From Cetorhinus maximus (taxonomy: Eukaryota), in NCBI RefSeq assembly GCF_964194155.1, contig NC_135879.1:141360001-141424000 (forward strand): 64,000 nucleotides of DNA, given 5' to 3'. Positions 38,126 through 52,300 of this stretch are shown in pieces. The first letter of the stretch is position 1. Every line of letters starts with the position of its first letter. The notes below the pieces were generated by a model. The model saw only the letters and a program-made list of their open reading frames with translations. It was not told the origin of the DNA and made no database searches. The position numbers were made by a program, and so were the translations under genes.

Positions 38126-41100
38126 GGGGGAGGTAGTGGTAATGTCACTGGACTTGCAAGCCAGAGGCCAGGTTAATGCTCTGGGGACATGTGTTCAAAT
38201 CATGGCAGATGGTGGAATTTAAATTCAATTAATAAATCTGAAATTAAAAGCTAGTCTCAGTAACGGCGACTATGAAACGACTTGTGAAAACCCTTCTGGT
38301 TCACAAATTTCCTTCAGGGAAGGAAATCTACTGTCCTTACCTGATCTGGCTTACATCTGACTCCAGTTCCACAACAATGACCTAGTAAGCAATTCAGTTG
38401 TATCGAACCACAAGGAAGTTCAAAAGAAATGAAATCTGATGGACCACCCGGCATCGACTTAGGCACTGGAAACAGCAACGGCAAACCCAGCCCCATCACC
38501 CTGCAAAGTCCTCCTTACTAACATGTTGGGGCTTGTGCCAAAATTGGGAGAGTTGGCCCACAGATTAGTCAAGCAACAGCCTGACTTGGGCATACTCACG
38601 AATCATACCTTACAGAAAAGGTCCCAAACAAGACCATAACCATCCCGAGGTATATTCTGTCCCACCACCAGGACTGACCCACCAGCAGTGGTGGCACTAT
38701 GGTATACAGTCAGGAGGGAGTTACTCTGGGAGTCCTCAACATCAACTCCGGACCCTGTGATGTCTCATTGCATCAGGTTAAACATGGGCAAGGAATCCTG
38801 CTGATGAGCACATACCGCTCCCTCCCTCAGCTGATGAATCAGTGCTCTTCTATGTTGAACACTAATTGGAAGAAGCACTGAGGGTGGCAAGAGAACAGAA
38901 TGTATTCTGGGTGGGGGACTTCATCACTGAGAATGGCTCGGTATTACCACTATTGACCGAGCTGGCCGAGTCCTAAAGGACATGGCTGCTAGACTGGGTC
39001 TGTGGCGGGTGATGAGGGAACCAACAAGAGGAAAAAACCTACTTGACCTCGTCTTCACCAATCTACCTGTTGCAGATGCATTTTCTATGACAGTATTGGT
39101 AGGAGTGACCACCGGATAGTCTTTGTGGAGGCGAAGTCCCGTATTCACACTGTGAAACCCTCCATCATGTTGTGTGACACTACCAGCCTGCTAAATGATG
39201 TAGATTTTGAATTGGTTTAGCAACTCAAAATTGGGCATCCATGAGGCACTGTAGGCCATCAACAGCAGTAGAATTTTATTCAACCACAATCTGTAACCTT
39301 AAGGCCCTGCATATCCCACTCTACCATTACCACCAAGTTGGGGTATCAACCCCGGTTCAATGAAGAATGCAGGAGGGCATGCCAGGAGCAGAACAGGCAT
39401 ACCTAAAAATTAGGTGTCAACCTGGAGAAGCTACAACACAGGACCCCTTGCAAGCCAAACAGTGGAAGCACCATACAATGGACAGAGCTAAGCGATCCCA
39501 CAACTAACAGGTCAGATCTAAGCTCTGCAATTCTTTCTGCCACATCCAGTCGTGAATGGTGGTGGACAATTAAACAACTCACTGGAGCAGGAGGCTCCAC
39601 AAATATCCCCATCCTCAATGATGGGGGAGCCCAGCACATCAGTGCAAATGATAAGGCTGAAACATATGCAGCCATCTTCAGCCAGAAGTGCTGAGCGGAT
39701 GCTTCATCTTGGCATCCTCCGGAGGTCCTCAGTTTCACAGATGCCAGTCTTCAGCCAATTCGATGTACTCCACGTGATATCAAGAAATGGCTGAAGACAC
39801 TCGATACTGCAAAGGCTATGGGCGCCGACAATATTCCAGCAAAAGCACCAAAGACTTGTGCTCCAGAACTAGCCGCAACCCTAACCAAGCTACAAGACTG
39901 GCATCTGCCCGGCAATGTGGAAAATAGCCCTGCCCACAAAAAGCAGGACAAATTCAACCCAGCCAATTACCAACCCATCAGTCTAGCGACACTTACTCAG
40001 CATTAACCTACTCACTGATGCCCAGTTTGGGTTCTGCCAAGGCCATTCAGCTCCAGACCTCATTACAGCCTTGGTGTGGACATGGATAAAAGAGCTGAAC
40101 TCCAAAGGTGAGGTGAAAGTGACTGCCCTTGACATCAAGGCAGCATTTGACCGACTATAGCATCAGGGAGCCCTAACAAAACTGAAATCAACGGGAATCG
40201 GGGAAAACTCTCCACTGGTTGGACTCATACCTAGTACAAAGGTAGATGGTTGTGGTTGTTGGAGGTCAATCATCTCAGTCCCAGGACACTTCTGCAGGAG
40301 TTCCTCAGGGTAGTGTCCTAGGCCCAACGATCTTCAGCTGCTTCATCAATTACCTTCTCTCCATCATAAGGTCGGAAGTGGGGATGTTTACTGATGATTG
40401 CACAATGTTCAGCACCATTTGTGACACCTCAGATATTAAAGTGATCCGTATCCATATGCAGGAAAACATGGACAACATTCAGGCTTGGGCTGATAAAAGG
40501 CAAGTAACATTCATGCCACACAAATGCCAGGCAATGACCATCTCCAACAAGAAAGAGTCTAACGATCTCCCCATGACATTCAACAGCATTACCATCACCA
40601 AATCCCTGAGTATCAACATCCTGGAGGTTACCATTGACCAGAAACTGAACTGGACCAGCCACATAGCTAGTATGGCTACAAGAGCAAGACAGAGGTTGAG
40701 AATTCTACGGTGAGTAACTCACCTTCCGACTCCCCAAAGCCTGTCTACCATCCACAAGGTACAAGTCATGACTGTGATGGAATAATCTCCACTTGCCCGG
40801 ATGAGTGCAGCTTCAGCCTGGTTGAGTGCAGCTCCAACAACACTCAAGAAGCTCCACACCACCCAGAACAAAGCACTTGATTGGCACCCCATCCACCACC
40901 TTAAACATTCATTCCCGCCTCCACTGACATACAGTGGTAGCAGTGTGTACCACCTACAAGATGCACTGCAGCAACTCACCAAGGCTCCTTTGACAACCCC
41001 TTCCAAACCCACGACTTCTACCACATAGAAGGACAAAGGCAGCAGATGCATGGGAGCACCACCAGCTGCAAGTTCCTCTCCAAGCCACACACAATCCTGA

Positions 41101-41296
41101 CTTGGAACTATATCGCCGTTCCTTCACAGTAACTGGGTCAAACCCTGGAACTATCTTCCTAACAGCACTGTGGTCGTACACCATATGGACTGCAGTGGAA
41201 GGCAGCTCACCACCATCTTCTCAAAAGGTAATTACGGATGGGCAATAAATGTTGGCCTAGCCAGCGAAGCCCACATCCTGTGAATTAATAAAAAAA
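38126..41296 (+). mobile_element. Near full-length family A LINE with tRNA-like head, APE endonuclease and RT, no visible ORF1
   Basis: Head ggaggtagtggtaatgtcactgg...gtgttcaaatc. Endonuclease from about 38510 (GLVPKLGELAHRLVKQQPD). RT motifs NPANYQPISL, LDIKAAFD, GVPQGSVLGP and FTDD. Tail gggcaataaatgttggcctagccagcg...aataaaaaaa. Confidence 0.9.
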
Positions 41297-41299
41297 TCC

Positions 41300-42400
41300 C
41301 CATCCATTTGTTCAAATATACTATTACTCTCATTCATAGGTCTTCTCTGTCCATTAACTAATCCTCTATCCATGCTAATACATTACCCTCAACTCCATGA
41401 GCCCTTTGTGTGGCACCTTATTGAATGCCTTTTGGAAATCCAAGTATACTACATCTACTGTTTCCCCTTTGTCTGCTCTACTAGTTACATCCTCAAAAAA
41501 CTAATAAATTTGTCAAACACTATTTATCTTTCGCAAAACCAGGTTGACTCTGTCCGATCATACTGTGATTTTCTAAGTGCATTGTTAAGACTTCCTTAAT
41601 AATAGATTCCAGCACTTTTCCGATGACTGATATCTGGCTGGCTGGCCTGTGGTTCTGTGTTTTCTCTCCCTTTCCTTTCTTGAATAGCAACGTCACATTT
41701 GCTAACTTCCAATCTGCTGAGACCATTTTAGAACCTAGGGAATTTTGTAAAATCATAGATAGCACATCCCCTAACTCTTTTACAACTCTAGGATGTATGC
41801 CAATCAGGTTCTGGACATTTATCAGATTTTAGTTCCTTAAATTACTCCAATAATTTTTCCCTGCTGATATCAATAACTTTAACTTCCTCACTCTTATCAG
41901 CCCCTGGGTTACCCTTTACTTCTGGTATGTAACTTGTGTCTTCTACTGTGAAAAGAGACAAAATATTTGTTCAATGTCTGCCATTTCTTTATTTCCCACA
42001 ATAATTTCTCCTGTCTCTGCCTCCAATGTTTACTATAGCTACTCTCCTTTTTATATACTTGTAAAAGTTATTATAATCTGCTTTTAAATACCCAGCTAAT
42101 TTATTTTCATGTTCTATTTTTTTTCCTTTTTATCACTGATTTGGTGGCCCCTTGCTGCTTTCTAAAATGCTCCCAATCCTCAGGCTTACTATTATTCTTT
42201 GCAGCATTATAAGCCTCTTCTTTTAATCTAATACAATCTTTAACTTCCCTAGAAAAATCTTCCTTTAAGCATTTGTTTTTTAATGGCATTTTTTTTTTGT
42301 TGAACATTTTGAATGGTTTTTTTTAATTGCTTCCCACTGTTTATTTATCACCATACCTTTAGTCTATTTCCCCAATCAATCTTAGCCAGCTCCCCCCTCA
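41300..42400 (-). mobile_element. CR1 ORF2 internal fragment
   Basis: Minus ORF DWKLANVTLLFKKG...ISVIGKVLESII...QPGF. Confidence 0.85.
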
Positions 42401-42424
42401 CTGAGGTTTCAGTATTTTTTGGCA

Positions 42425-42650
42425 TATTTCTCTGTTATTTTTTATTTATTCTTTTACAGGGTGTAGGCATCAGAGGGCCAGCATTTATTGCCCATCCTCA
42501 ATTGCCCTTGAGAAGGTGGTGGTGAAGGTACGGCAACATAGTTCCAGGTCAGGATGGTGTGTGGCTTGGAGGGGAAATTGCAGGTAGTGGTGTTCCCATG
42601 CATCTGCTGCCCTTGTCTTTTGAGGCGGTAGAGGTGTGGGTTTGGAAGAT
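42425..42650 (-). mobile_element. Family A LINE 3' tail
   Basis: ccagcatttattgcccatcc...attgcccttgagaaggtggtggtg. Confidence 0.75.
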
Positions 42651-42959
42651 TAAGTCTTCAGCCCCTCCTCAGTTATTGCTATGTTTTTGCCTTGCTTTCA
42701 CTAGCGAGTTCCAGCAAACCTGTAAAATCCGAGGCCCAAAGTTAAATTCCAAAAGCCATGTTAATATCGCTGGATTGAAAATAAATTGACAACCCACCTC
42801 TCTCTCAAGGGGTTTGCTCAGTCACAGACTAATACGATGCAGTTACATGCATTGAAGCTGGCTCCCCAATGCACTGTCAATTTCTGCACTTTTAAAACCC
42901 AAACCCACAGCTCATATATTTCTCATACAAGGGAAGAAGCATTATTTCATTTAGTTCTG

Positions 42960-43720
42960 GGCAACTAAGTGGAGAAATAGCTGATCTCAAAATTGGACAA
43001 TAGGTTCAATGTGAAAACTGAAAAGGATAGTGTAATGTCAACGTTAACGGTGCTGGAATCAAAAAGGCAAAGCACATAGATAAAAAGGATATCTAACCCA
43101 ACTCAACTAAGTAGAAATGTTAGTAAACAGGTCAACAGTGCAGCAGTGGAAACTCTTCAAATATGAGACACCTAGAGTATGAAATAAATATATTTCTACA
43201 AAGTGAAAAGAGGATGCATTAAAAGACAATTCTGTGGATAAACAGAGAAATTAGACTAAACTGAAACTTAGAGAGGCATATGATAAAAGCTGGGGCTAAC
43301 ATCACTAAAGATAATCAAGAGGCAGATAAACATAAAAAGGATATTAAAGCCATAGGTTTTGTCAGCATAGATACCAATGCAATTAATCAGGAAAGGAAAA
43401 GTATAGTTGGGAGCTGAAAAGGGAGATCAGAGGGCTAAAAGGAATGAGAAAAAGCTAGCAGATAATATGAAAGGGAATAGTAAGGTTTTTTGCATTTAAG
43501 TAGAACAATAATTAAAGAGAAGGTAGGAAGGCTCAGGAATGAAGCAGCGAATTGAACTGCAGAGGGTGATGGTATAATGGAGATCAAAAATATCATCAAT
43601 TGTTACAAATTCTGGTAGAAGTGAGAACAAGATTTAATTAGAGGAGGGTGTGGAACAATTTGTTAGAGATAACTGTTGTAAAGGAGTTAGTTCTAAAAAA
43701 GAATTTCTAAAAGAACTAAA
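42960..43720 (+). mobile_element. Old CR1 ORF2 linker fragment
   Basis: gagaaaaagctagcagataatatgaaagggaatagtaaggttttt (EKKLADNMKGNSKVF). Confidence 0.6.
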
Positions 43721-43776
43721 GGTGGATTAAGAAAGGGCTTGGTATAGTAGCACACAGAAAATAATTTCTGTCCTAA

Positions 43777-44204
<428 letters not shown>

Positions 44205-45599
44205 CTAAAGAGTAAATGCAGGCAAATTAGTATCTTCCTCAGCTTACTGCACATGCAGTAACTTGAAGATTAATCACAGCCAGCTTTCTGCAATGAAATA
44301 TTAAAGATGGTTACTGACTAATTATGCAGAGGAAATGTCAGCTTAAAATGAGCTGATACAATGTAAAGCTGATGAAGGGCAGATGAAAGCTGACCTTTGC
44401 ACTACAGTCACAGTTACAGCTCCAGCACAGAAAGCAAAAAAAAAACAGCTCACTGGCACATCTGACACAAAGCAGCCAGCATTGCTGTGACAGACTGTTA
44501 TCTAACAGTAAGTGGAAGAATAATTAAATCTATGATATTCAGAAAGCACTACTACATCATAATATATTTTCCTCAAAATAAATTTAAATCCCATTGCTGA
44601 ACTGATATCTACAAATTACTAATCTTATGCATGTGTGGTACCTTAAAAATATCTGAAGCACTAAGCTCATTGAGCTTATATTCTTTATTTGATCTTATGA
44701 TTTCTACATTGAAATATAACAAAATAATCTAACTACACTCAATGATTATTATGTAAACAAAAATTGACCTGGAGGCTGCAGAAACAGCCAATTCCTATTA
44801 CTGCACGGCCAATTTCATTCTGAAGATGCTAAGAGCAAAAGCTTACCTTATGGTTCCCAGTCTTTAGTCAATATTAGTTTCTACATGTTTCTGAAATGGC
44901 AGACTTTGCACTCATTTTAAGTACTGCAACAATTGCTTTGCACTATCATTAGGATACAATTTCTGTTCTCGCCCAATGACATTAGCAATTGTACAGTATT
45001 GGAAGAAACATTTCCTCAATGTCTTATTTAGAATTTCTGTGATTGATACAACATTCTCCTTTTACTAGCAGAAAGAAAATAGGAACATATGGCTTCTTTG
45101 TTGTAAAATGTTTCTGGTTTGGACAAATGGCTGCTTGTTTCAAGAAATGACCTAAATTCTAAACATTTACTTTAATCATAGAGTTATGTAGCACAGAAGG
45201 CAGCTATTTGGCCCATCATGTCCGTGTTGGCCCTTTTGAAAGAGCTATCTAATTAGTTGCACTCCCCTGCTCTTTCCCCATAGCCTTGGACACTTCTCCT
45301 TTTCAGGTCTGTATCTCATATTGATCTTAATGAATGAGCTCTTGGCCACAGGTAATCTTTGTAAGTACAATCTTGTTATAGTAAACTATGGTAGATTTAG
45401 ATAAAATTCACAGAGACTAACCCACCACACATTTTCAAAAGGGATTCCACAATGTTGTTCCTGTCCCAGTTATAATTTTCCCACAGTAATAGGATTCGAG
45501 CTTCTTCTACTTTGAACAGTCATTGAATTTGTGAACAATGTCTAGGGAAGTGTATATCTACACCAGAAGACTCTGAAAACATACATATAAGGAGGCAGG

Positions 45600-45905
45600 A
45601 AAGGGACATACTTAGGTTAAGTGTGTGGGCAAAGATCTGGCAAATGGTGTATAATATGGGCAAATGTGATATTGTCCATTCTGGCAGGAAAAATAAAAAA
45701 ACGAATATTAGCAGGACAGGTGGAGAGAGCAGTTAATAAAGCATATAGTATCGTGGGCTTTATTAATAAGGGCATACAGTACAAGAGCAGGGAGGTTATG
45801 CAGAATAAGACACTTGTTAGACCTCAGCTGGAGTATTGTGTACAGTTCTGGGTGCCACACCATAGGAAGGATGTGGACACATTGGAGAAAGTGCAGAAGA
45901 GGAGT
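45600..45905 (+). mobile_element. CR1 ORF2 C-terminal fragment
   Basis: KTLVRPQLEYCVQFWVPHHRKDVDTLEKVQ. Confidence 0.85.
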
Positions 45906-47233
45906 CCCAAAGCACATCTTGAGGGGTACATCTGGTCTCTGACGATCCAGAAACCAGAAGATCTGGGCCAGAAGCAACAAAGAAAATCAATATTTTTGGA
46001 TATTTTATTCTTGTAATGCGTTGTGTGGTTTCAAACCTGATCAATGTGTTATATTTTGCCACAATATTTCAATACCAGACATATAACTTTTGAGCAGAAC
46101 TATTGTTTGAACAAAACAACCAAAGCAAGAAATTAAATGCCAAATTCAATGATGAGCTGTTGTGTATATTTAATGTCACTATGTTGTTTTGTTCATGCTG
46201 CATGAACTCTCTTTAAAAGATAGGAAACATTGTAAATATTTGTTGGTACATAAACACATAAACCACAGCACGATACAAATGGTGAAGAATAAATTTGATT
46301 TTCAACAATAGTATGATTCATTAAATATTCTCTACACAAGTTTTTTCATTAATACACACATTATTTTGGTAAGTTTTACATACTGGAAAATAAACCAGCC
46401 TCTAACTTTTTTATTCCTAATTTTCTAGATAAGGGTTTACGCATCCTATATTTAAAGAAAGAAAATAATTTTCATTAGCATCTGCCATGCTTATCAAATC
46501 TAATAAATTTAGATGGAGAATAAAGAATTCTTAAATCTGATGATAGAACACAAATCATCACAGAAATATAGTTTCCTTTTATGCTTGTCTGAACTTTCAC
46601 ACATTTTAAATTTAGTTTGCTGATTACAGATTAAAAATAAAAAGTACTTTATATATTTCAGCAATTTTGTACTTACATTTGAAATTTAAAACCAAGTAAC
46701 AAACATTCAGAAAATACCTATATTCTGAACAAACAACTACAATTTTGGTATCCTAGAGGCTTTGAGAGTAGTGATAATAAAAAAAATAGACATTAATATT
46801 GAGGTTAACATTTCATTTGAGTCATCAACTTTAATTTCTGAAGTATGCTGTCAGTACCATGTATGTCATATTCATATGTACACTAGTGAAGAACAATATT
46901 GCCCACTTGTTATATATATCTGTGGAATCAAAAATGTGATACTTACAATGTTATTTACTTCAGCATTCAGTACTTACTATAGGTGTTCAATGAAAGAAAA
47001 TTATCTTTTTCTTTTCAGTAATTATTTACTGAAAGGCCACAAGCACGTTGATAATTGTCATAATAAACAACATGGAAGCAACACACAGCATTCTTTGGCA
47101 GCTGCATAACATCTACACATATATGAATGATGTCAGACACATTGCAGGGTTACAAATGTAAATGCAGCAAACAAAGGTCAGTTTGCGATTCCAATACTGT
47201 TAATATGTCTAGAAGACAAGAGCCATCACTTAC

Positions 47234-47251
47234 TGCTAGAACTTCCATTTG
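47234..47251 (-). CDS. FRYL: FRYL 18-nt microexon (QMEVLA)
   Basis: Minus strand: long polypyrimidine tract, then cttcttgcttag|CAA ATG GAA GTT CTA GCA|gtaagt. Phase 0/0, in frame with the downstream ELELCRR exon. Confidence 0.8.
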
Positions 47252-48239
47252 CTAAGCAAGAAGGTGAAGTCACAAAACAAAGAAAGAAAAGAGATCAAGA
47301 ATTAGTGACAGTTAAACCTCACACAAGGTCAAAGATGTCCCAGTGTTATCAGAACCAAACTATGCTACAAATTGAACACAAATCCCTAGTGATGATGGTT
47401 AGGTGATGCATTTTTACATGAATTTTCATTATGCCTAAGTCATTTCATAAAGCCTCCTCCTCTAATTAAAACTGGATTTTAAATGTTTCACATTAAACAG
47501 TGACAGAATATAACAGAAATCATTTTTGCTAAGTTTACAATATAATAGTTATGAATTGGTTTACCATATGATTACATTGCTCAAAGGAAAATCAGCTGCA
47601 ATTGCCAAGTTTGTAAAATCTTGTATTTTGAATTATCTTAAATTTTTTCAAAACCATACTTATACATTTAAGTCCAATTTCAGCTTTAATAGTAGCAATG
47701 TGATAAAGTGATTAATTTAATATTTCCATCCCAATAATAATAGAAATAGTCAATATAATTTTACTACATGGCTTTAATAATACAGAAGTGTAGCATGCTA
47801 AATATTATTTTACTGATTTAAAAAAAATTAAAATCTGGATTTTTAAAAAATCTTGAATGCCTTCCTACTTTAAAAAAAACTATATGCATTCAAGGCTCTC
47901 CCTGTAATGATTCTTTTGGGACAAAATGAACTAATACAAATATTACAGCAAAAGCAAGTCTATCAAACTATTTCTTGAAATGATACTAATTGCAGGAATC
48001 TAGCCACTGCAGCATTTTGAAGGACTAAAATAAAACACATTTATTTTCTATCCTTATGGATCACAGTTGTATCACAGTCACTGTCACATAATAAAATTTT
48101 TGTAGGCTGCCAATATGACCAGGAGGAAATTTTTAAGTTCTTTCCTCACTAATATTTAGAATAGAATTACCCAAGGTGGCAAATCATGTTTCTTATATTC
48201 CAGACGTAAGTTTTTAAAACCAAATCTGTACTTGCTTAC

Positions 48240-50790
48240 ATAGAAAATTTATGACACAGGTGGCCATTCCACCCATCTTGTTTGTGCTGGTCAAAAAAAA
48301 GCTAACTAGTTTAATCTCACTTTCCACCTCTTGGTCCGTCGCTCTGTAGGTTACTGCATCTCAAGTGCATATCCAAGTATTTCAAAAATGCAATGAGAGT
48401 TTCTGCCTCTACCACCCTTTCATGCAGTAAAGTTCCAGACCCCTACTACCCAATGGGTGTAAAATTTCCTCATCTTCCCTGTTTTCCTTCTACTAATTAT
48501 TTTAAATCTATGCTCTCTGTTTATTGACCTCCCTGCTAAGGGAAATAGGTCCTTCCTATCTATTCGATCTGGGCCCCTCAATCTAATCACCTCAATCAAA
48601 TCTCCCCTGAGGCTCCTCTGGTCCGAAGAAAACACTCCAGGGTTTTCCAATCTTTCCTTGCAGCTAAAAATCTCCATTCCTGAAGACATCCTCATAAAGC
48701 TCCTCCATACCCACTTTAGTGCGAATTCACCTCTTCTGTAATGTGATGACCAGAATTGTACTCTAGTGTGGTCAAACTAATGTTTTACACAGTATTGGTA
48801 TAGCTCCTTGATCTTATACTCTATACCTTGGCCCCTGGTCTGTTGTGAGAGGGCATCTCCAGGCACTTCAAGGTCCCTCTAATCCTCTATATTTCTCAGA
48901 ATCCTACCATTTATTGTGTATTCCCTTGCTTTCCCTCTCCATCTGTATTACCTCATACTTCTCTGGATTGAATTACGTTTGCCACTTTTCTGCCCACTTA
49001 ACCAGTCCAGTGACATCTTCTTGCAGTATACTGCTTTCTTCCTCACTATCACCCACACTGCCAGTTTTCATATCTATAAACTTCTTAATCATGCCTCCTA
49101 TATTTAAATCTACATCATTGAAATATACAATTTACAGCAAGGGATCCATTACTGATTCCTGTGGAACTCCATTGGAAACAGTCTTCCTGTCACAGAAACA
49201 CCTGTCCCCTGCACTATCATTTTGGATCCAACTCGCCACTTTTCTTTGGATCCCATGACATTTTTACTTTCTGATCTGTCTGCCATATGGGACCTTGTCA
49301 AAAGCTTTGCCAAAAATCATGTAGATGACAACAAACAGATTATCCTCATTGATCCTCCTCATTACATCCTAAACAAATTCAATCAGGTTAGTCAGACACA
49401 ATCTTTATTCAACAAATCCATGCTGACCGTCCAGATTAATCTTTGCTTTTTTAAATGACGATTCATACTGCCTCTCAGAAATATTTCGAATAATTTGCCT
49501 ACCACCTTGGCTAGCCTACAATCAGTTGAGCTAACCCTTTCTCCCTTTTTAAACAATGATCCAAAATGAGCAGTCCTTCAGTACCATGCCTATAGCCAGA
49601 AAGGATTGGAAATGATGGTCTGAGCTGTTTCGTCTTGTGTTCTGGGTCTAGATGGGATTCTTTAGGGTTTGACTGCTTCCTAAGAAAGCTACTTGAGACT
49701 GTAGCTCATAAAAACCATTATTACTTATTTACAGCTCTATATACATCTCAAGTAACTTAGCATGATGTTGGACTACTACTTCCCTCCAGATCCCTGTTAC
49801 TTGGTCATGTGACATTGCATTGTAGTTACTTTGGTGTCAGGGGCTTCTGATGTTAACCCTTTACATAAGTCTCCACTATTTTTCTCTTATCAGCCTGGGA
49901 TACATTTCATACTGGCCTGATGATTTATCCACTCGCAGGGATCCCAAGCACCTTAATATTTCCTCCCCCACTATGCTTATCCCATCCAATGTTTCCCACT
50001 CCTTCTCCTTAACTGTAATATTTGCTTCATCCCCCTCTATTGTGAAAACAAGTACACAGTGTTCATTAAGAACTATGTCCACGTCTTCCACCTCCACAGA
50101 GAAGTTGTCTTTTTGGTCTCTAATTGACCCTATTCTTTCCTTCGTTACCCTTTAGCTCTGGATGTATTCATAATACATGCTCGTGTTTTCCTTGATTTTA
50201 CTTGCCATATATTTTTCATGCCCTCTCTTTGCTTTCATAATTTCTTTTTTAATTTCACCCCTGCACTTTCCATTCTCTTCTAGGCTCTCTGCAGGATCCA
50301 AGCTTTTGGGATCTGACAGAAGCTACAATTTTTATCTTTATCCTACTCTGTATGGTCATTGCTATCTCTGTATGGTCATTGCTATTGGTTGGGGTGGTGG
50401 GGGAGGGGTGTGTGTCTAGATTTGGGAGTTTCACCTTTTTTCTTTGTGGGAACTTCTGTTTTGAACTCTCTCCATCTCCTCCTCCAATACCCTGTTGCTC
50501 TGATTTACCTTCAAGTGGCTTTGAATCACACCTCAGCTTAGTAAAATTGACCTTTCCCCAATTGAAAATTTATAATCTTGCTCTATTTTTTATCTTCTTC
50601 CATAATTACTTTAAATCTAAAGTACAACCACTAAAATATTCTCCCACTGATATTCTTTCCACTTGCTCGGCTTTATTTCCTAAAACCAAGCCCATAAATG
50701 CCTCTTCTCTTGCTGGGCTTACTACAAACTGGCTAAAAAAAAAGTTCTGAATGCATTTTGAGTATTCTGCACCCTCTATACCTATCACTT
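48240..50790 (-). mobile_element. Long decayed CR1 LINE (endonuclease end to 3' tail)
   Basis: Minus ORFs LRGDLIEV...WVVGVWN, LRVDKSSGQYEMYPRL and FFSQFVVSPAREEAFMGLVL. Confidence 0.85.
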
Positions 50791-52300
50791 GTCCACAGAT
50801 ATTTTAAAGACCTATCTATGAGAAAAGTCATGAAAACAACCTATATATAACTGAAAATCAAAATATGTCCACAATATGTTGCATATGACAAATTGTTAAT
50901 AATACAAACTAATCTTTGAGCATGAGAAAATACAAGAGCAAAATTTTAATTTAGATTTTAACACTAAGCAGCTCACTACTGGCAATTTAAAATTTACAAT
51001 GAAATATTGGACATTTTGAACAAATACAGTTCATACACAAATATCAGGTCTGCATTTTCTTAACACTCTTATCATCTCTGGACATATCATTACACAGCAA
51101 AGAGGTTCTCATGTCTCTTCCCATCTGGCTGTTCTGCTGCTTTCCCTTTCCAGTAGTTATTCACTTTCTTCAATTTCTGGTAGATGAGGTCATTTAAATG
51201 ATTGTTTTTTTACAACCGCTTTCCAGTACACATTAAATTATATATTAAATATTATTCTGGAATAAAATGGCACCAACATCCATAACTGATTAACTAAAAT
51301 CGATAATTAACTCTTTCTATTGCAAAAATTGCCACCAACAGCAGAAACAATAGTGACACAAGAAAATACTTCATATGCTCCTTATATTTCTGCAGAATCA
51401 TCTTTACCCAGTAAATGAAATTCAGATAACACAAATGCTTTCGAGCTCACTGTCTAATGGCTTGAATTCTTCAGCTTTCTTCAAACAGACCACGATTCCC
51501 TCTTATCCTGTTGATGTCACTTAGACTGGCCTATGTCTAACTCTAGTCGCACAAACATGTGCCTGACTCTTATTAACCTCTGAAGTGGCCTAGCAAGCCA
51601 ATTGCTGGGAGTGTGAAGTCATTAGCTGACAGAAACCAGAGTGAGATAAGCTTCAATAATAAACTGCAGGATGAGCATGATTTGCATGGAATCACTAGTA
51701 GAAATAACATTAAACTGAAATAATTCACACATGAAACAAAGCTACAAACTTATTTGTTACAAAGTATCTTACAGAGAAATACAAGAGGTGCTGGGAGCAG
51801 TCATGTTCATTTCATTCTTGATGTTAATAATCCAATTTTTAATCCAAGGAACGAGCAATCTTTAATGTAATTTTACTAAAATTTAATGGACAGTTATGAA
51901 GCAATTTAAAAAAAATGGATAACTTGACATTTTAGTCAGTCACTTGCTGAATGAAAACAATGCAATAATAAATAAACCGTGTGAATATTGACACTGTCAC
52001 CAGACTGACGAAGTGCATATATGTGACATCGCTCAAGTCTGGCAAAATGCTATGCTGTGTTTATATATGTTGAGTTCTGCGCTTAGCCCTATAGAGAACT
52101 TCATTGAGGTTCTGTCAGTCTACAGCCTGTATCAAATGGCATTTCTTTATTAATTGAATTTGTGGTATAACAATGATGTAGCCTTTATCCTCCCTCATGA
52201 ATGCATTGGTAAATGCAGGGGATTATGGTTAATATCTCTCAGAATTGTAATGGAAAACACCCAGACTTGGGCCCCTTGTATAGTCTCACTCAGTGGAGTT

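Noticed and set aside
50800-52250. Further FRYL exons upstream of the microexon
   Set aside because: Donor-like words exist (about 51447, 51768), but I found no Furry-like translation with matching splice sites. The next exon probably lies beyond the window.
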